This document shows, one piece after another, positions 61,234-64,000 of a stretch of 64,000 nt of DNA. The notes under the pieces were generated by a model, which was not told where the DNA came from, searched no databases, and saw nothing but the letters and a program-made list of their open reading frames with translations. The stretch spans positions 46,831,597 through 46,895,596 of the forward strand of contig CM074512.1 of assembly GCA_037379345.1 (NCBI GenBank), read 5' to 3'. The DNA comes from Perna viridis. Taxonomy: Eukaryota. Both the position numbers and the translations under genes were made by a program. Positions within the stretch are counted from its first letter, which is position 1; the number at the start of each line of letters is the position of its first letter.

Positions 61234-63681
61234 CTAAAGATGAATTCAGCTCATTTTTAGTACTAGTTTTATTGAAAATAATTACGGTCCTTTAAAGACA
61301 TGTTGCGGTCAATGCTTTCAAGTTTCGTGACTGTTTGTAAATTATTGTTATCAATTTAGAGGACACGAAGTTTAATCATAGAAAATTAACGGCATTATAA
61401 TAGTTCTAAATTTATAACTCATGTTGTTTTGACTCAGTCAATCACACAACATGATTGAGCTAAAAACAACAATTAAATGACTATATCATATTTAATGCCT
61501 TGAGTTGCATTTAGAACCAACAAACTCCATGATTGTAGATGTAATTTGACTATCAGCATTGAATACAAAGACATGAACTTATATCAGGATTGGATACAAA
61601 GACATGAGCATATGCATATCCATGGTAGCATGTAATGTTTGACTTCTTCTTTCCGACGATGATTATTTTTCTGTTTAAATATCCCCAACATCTACCGTCC
61701 GTACATATTGAAATGAGATCTAATCCAAATCATAACATAAGTATTCCTTATAACAGTTAAGTTACATTATACAAAGTTCGGATTGTATTTAAGGTTGAAT
61801 TAGAAAAATGAGATAAATATTGCATATTGTTTTTAAAAGTTCTTAACTGCCTCCTATGACATCTTTGATACTATTGAACTTTTCAAGACAACGTCGGTTA
61901 TAATTCCAAATAAGTCCAAAATAGACTGCCCTAAGCAAAACGTTACTTTTACGTTCAATAAAAAGCCAACGGTACAAACGTAGAAGAACTATATCATTTG
62001 TTATTTGTGATCTTGCATTTTCATGGCGTTTATCCACTCCCTCTACCTTACATATCAATTACATTGAGCATATTGAACAAGAATGTAATTTCAATTTCAA
62101 GTACCTTAAAGTAACCCAGAATATGACTCATTTTTCAATTGTTTGAATAACATTAATCTTTAATTGTATAAATTCGATAAATGAGAGAGAAAATGACATA
62201 ATTCTGATTGTATTAGTATTTATTAGCAGACAAGTATTATCCTTTTTCCGTTAATGTCACATAATCTCTTTACCTGAATGAGCAACATTTTTATATGGCA
62301 GCAATATAACTTATATGTTTTATGTATTTAAACTGTGTTAGGAAAGTACTTTACAAAGGTTATTTTCAGAAACAGTGGTACTGTGTTGTTACAAGGTACT
62401 GAAGATGACGGTCCTCGATATTTGGTCTGATCCACTATTGTTCAACTTTTGAATATATATTTGCTTACATATTAACTAATTTCTTATTACTTATACATGA
62501 TTAGTATTATTTTTGTATTTTTGAACGAATTTCTTTCCCAAATATTTGGATTGACATAGAATTATTCTTTATTTCACTGACTGAGGCTCCGGTTAAGAGA
62601 TAACAACAATTACATCATCCAATTTTCATCAGTTGTCGCATTAGAACTTTATATGTCCGGTTTGCCATTATGATGCATGCAACTCACACCGTCCCCTTTA
62701 TGGTTTTTATACGAGTGCAGAGTTTTTTTTTATTATTTAGACAATTATGTCTTGCTTTTACCCAGTTTATTTTAGATGATTTGTCCTTGGTGTAAATAGA
62801 ACTTTGGTAAACTTGACACTTTTCTTTACTGAACTAATTTCAAAGTCCAAAATGGGTTCAGTTTAGACGGGTTTCACTGCAAATTTCTGTGTTACATAAC
62901 TAAAATCTACCACTGCCCATGCCTTTGCTTATTGAGCATAAAATCTGCTTGCAATTTGTCTACACATATATGTGCGCATATGTGCATGTGTTAGTCCCGT
63001 AAATATTTGTCAGCTTTAAAACCCTTTATGGGAATTATTCGAAATTCAGTATGGAGTTCAGCATTATATGCTGTTGTATTGTTGTACCATAAGAATGGCT
63101 ACCATCGTACTTATCCATCAACTTCCTGTTTATCAGAGTGATAACTTATACTTTATACGTTTCAATGCTTGTGATATGACCTTGTTATTTTTTATCTAGT
63201 TTTCAGTCTTCTTATGAAGGGAATAATGGAATTAGTACATAAATCATTATTGTACAGTTTTATTGCTATATGTACTACATATGGATGTTATAAAGATGCA
63301 AAGAATGATTTTAAAATGGCTTTGTATTCCTGTCCTTCATAATGTTTCGCAACACTATTTTCTCCTTGAACAAGTCCATCAATCATACATGACAAAGCTG
63401 AAAGTAAAATTGACAAAGGTTTCATAATAATAATAAATATACATTCTTCTGATGACACAAGTCAATGTTGTTCAAATCAACATTACTCAAAAGGTAAACA
63501 ATTTTATTTAACTATGGAATGTAGACCTCAACCATTTTATTGTCTAATAGTTGATATTAGTAACCGATTGATTTCACGATCACATCAATATTTACACAAT
63601 CTAATTAAAATCAAATGATTTTTTCAGAATCCTGGCACTTTTCCTTTGAATGCTTTCACAAACGTGTAAGCTGAAATATGA

Positions 63682-63942
63682 TTGGCTGATAAGGAAGGTG
63701 ATCCGAACAGAAAGTATAATCATGCGTTACTAGATAGATTCATATCAAGATGTGTACCAGATCTGGGTCTGAAAGTGAAAGACATAAGTGGAATGGATTT
63801 GTTTTACATTGATCATGTGCCAAAGCATATTCTACCGAGGTGCTTACCCGCTGACCTACGCATAATTAGTAAGGAAAATCGAATCTTTGAATATTTAATT
63901 AAAAAAGAAACCTTTCCCAAAATATCCTTGATTTGCCTCAAA
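63682..63942 (+). CDS. Possible exon of an unidentified gene continuing beyond the window
   Basis: Acceptor ttttcag at 63627 and a donor-like aaa|gtacgc at 63943, with a protein-like open frame between them. The frame is closed by TGA at 63679 and starts with TTG; the first in-frame ATG is internal. No recognisable domain. Confidence 0.3.
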
Positions 63943-64000
63943 GTACGCCTATTTCTCCTCTACGTAACTCAATAGTCAGACTTGTCAGATTATATTTATC

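Overview
AT-rich, intron-rich animal genomic DNA. It is most likely a bivalve mollusc, judged from repeat content and gene style (inference only). Gene order: a 5'-partial ACADVL (+, 17 coding exons seen, stop 11703); a convergent 11-exon OFA/OxlT-like MFS transporter (-); three paralogous ankyrin-repeat + SOCS-box genes (-,-,+); a Norrin (NDP)-like cystine-knot gene (+); COPS6 (-) head-to-head with a DIPK2/DIA1 divergent kinase-domain gene (+); then a repeat-rich tail. The most interesting signal is the invertebrate Norrin. It keeps all 11 cysteines and the coding-intron position of human NDP, has about 10 TCF/LEF-type motifs upstream, and its neighbours' human homologues fall in the X/3q/7q22/17p13 paralogon. 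Other notable items: a TSD-flanked, highly structured SINE-like element with a pseudoknotted non-tRNA head; several Penelope-like RT fragments sharing a structured 3' end; a GC-AG intron in one ASB paralogue; and inverted repeats tightly flanking MFS exons 2-4. Exon coordinates were read by eye and may be off by a few bases. Comparisons with human proteins are from memory and no searches were run.
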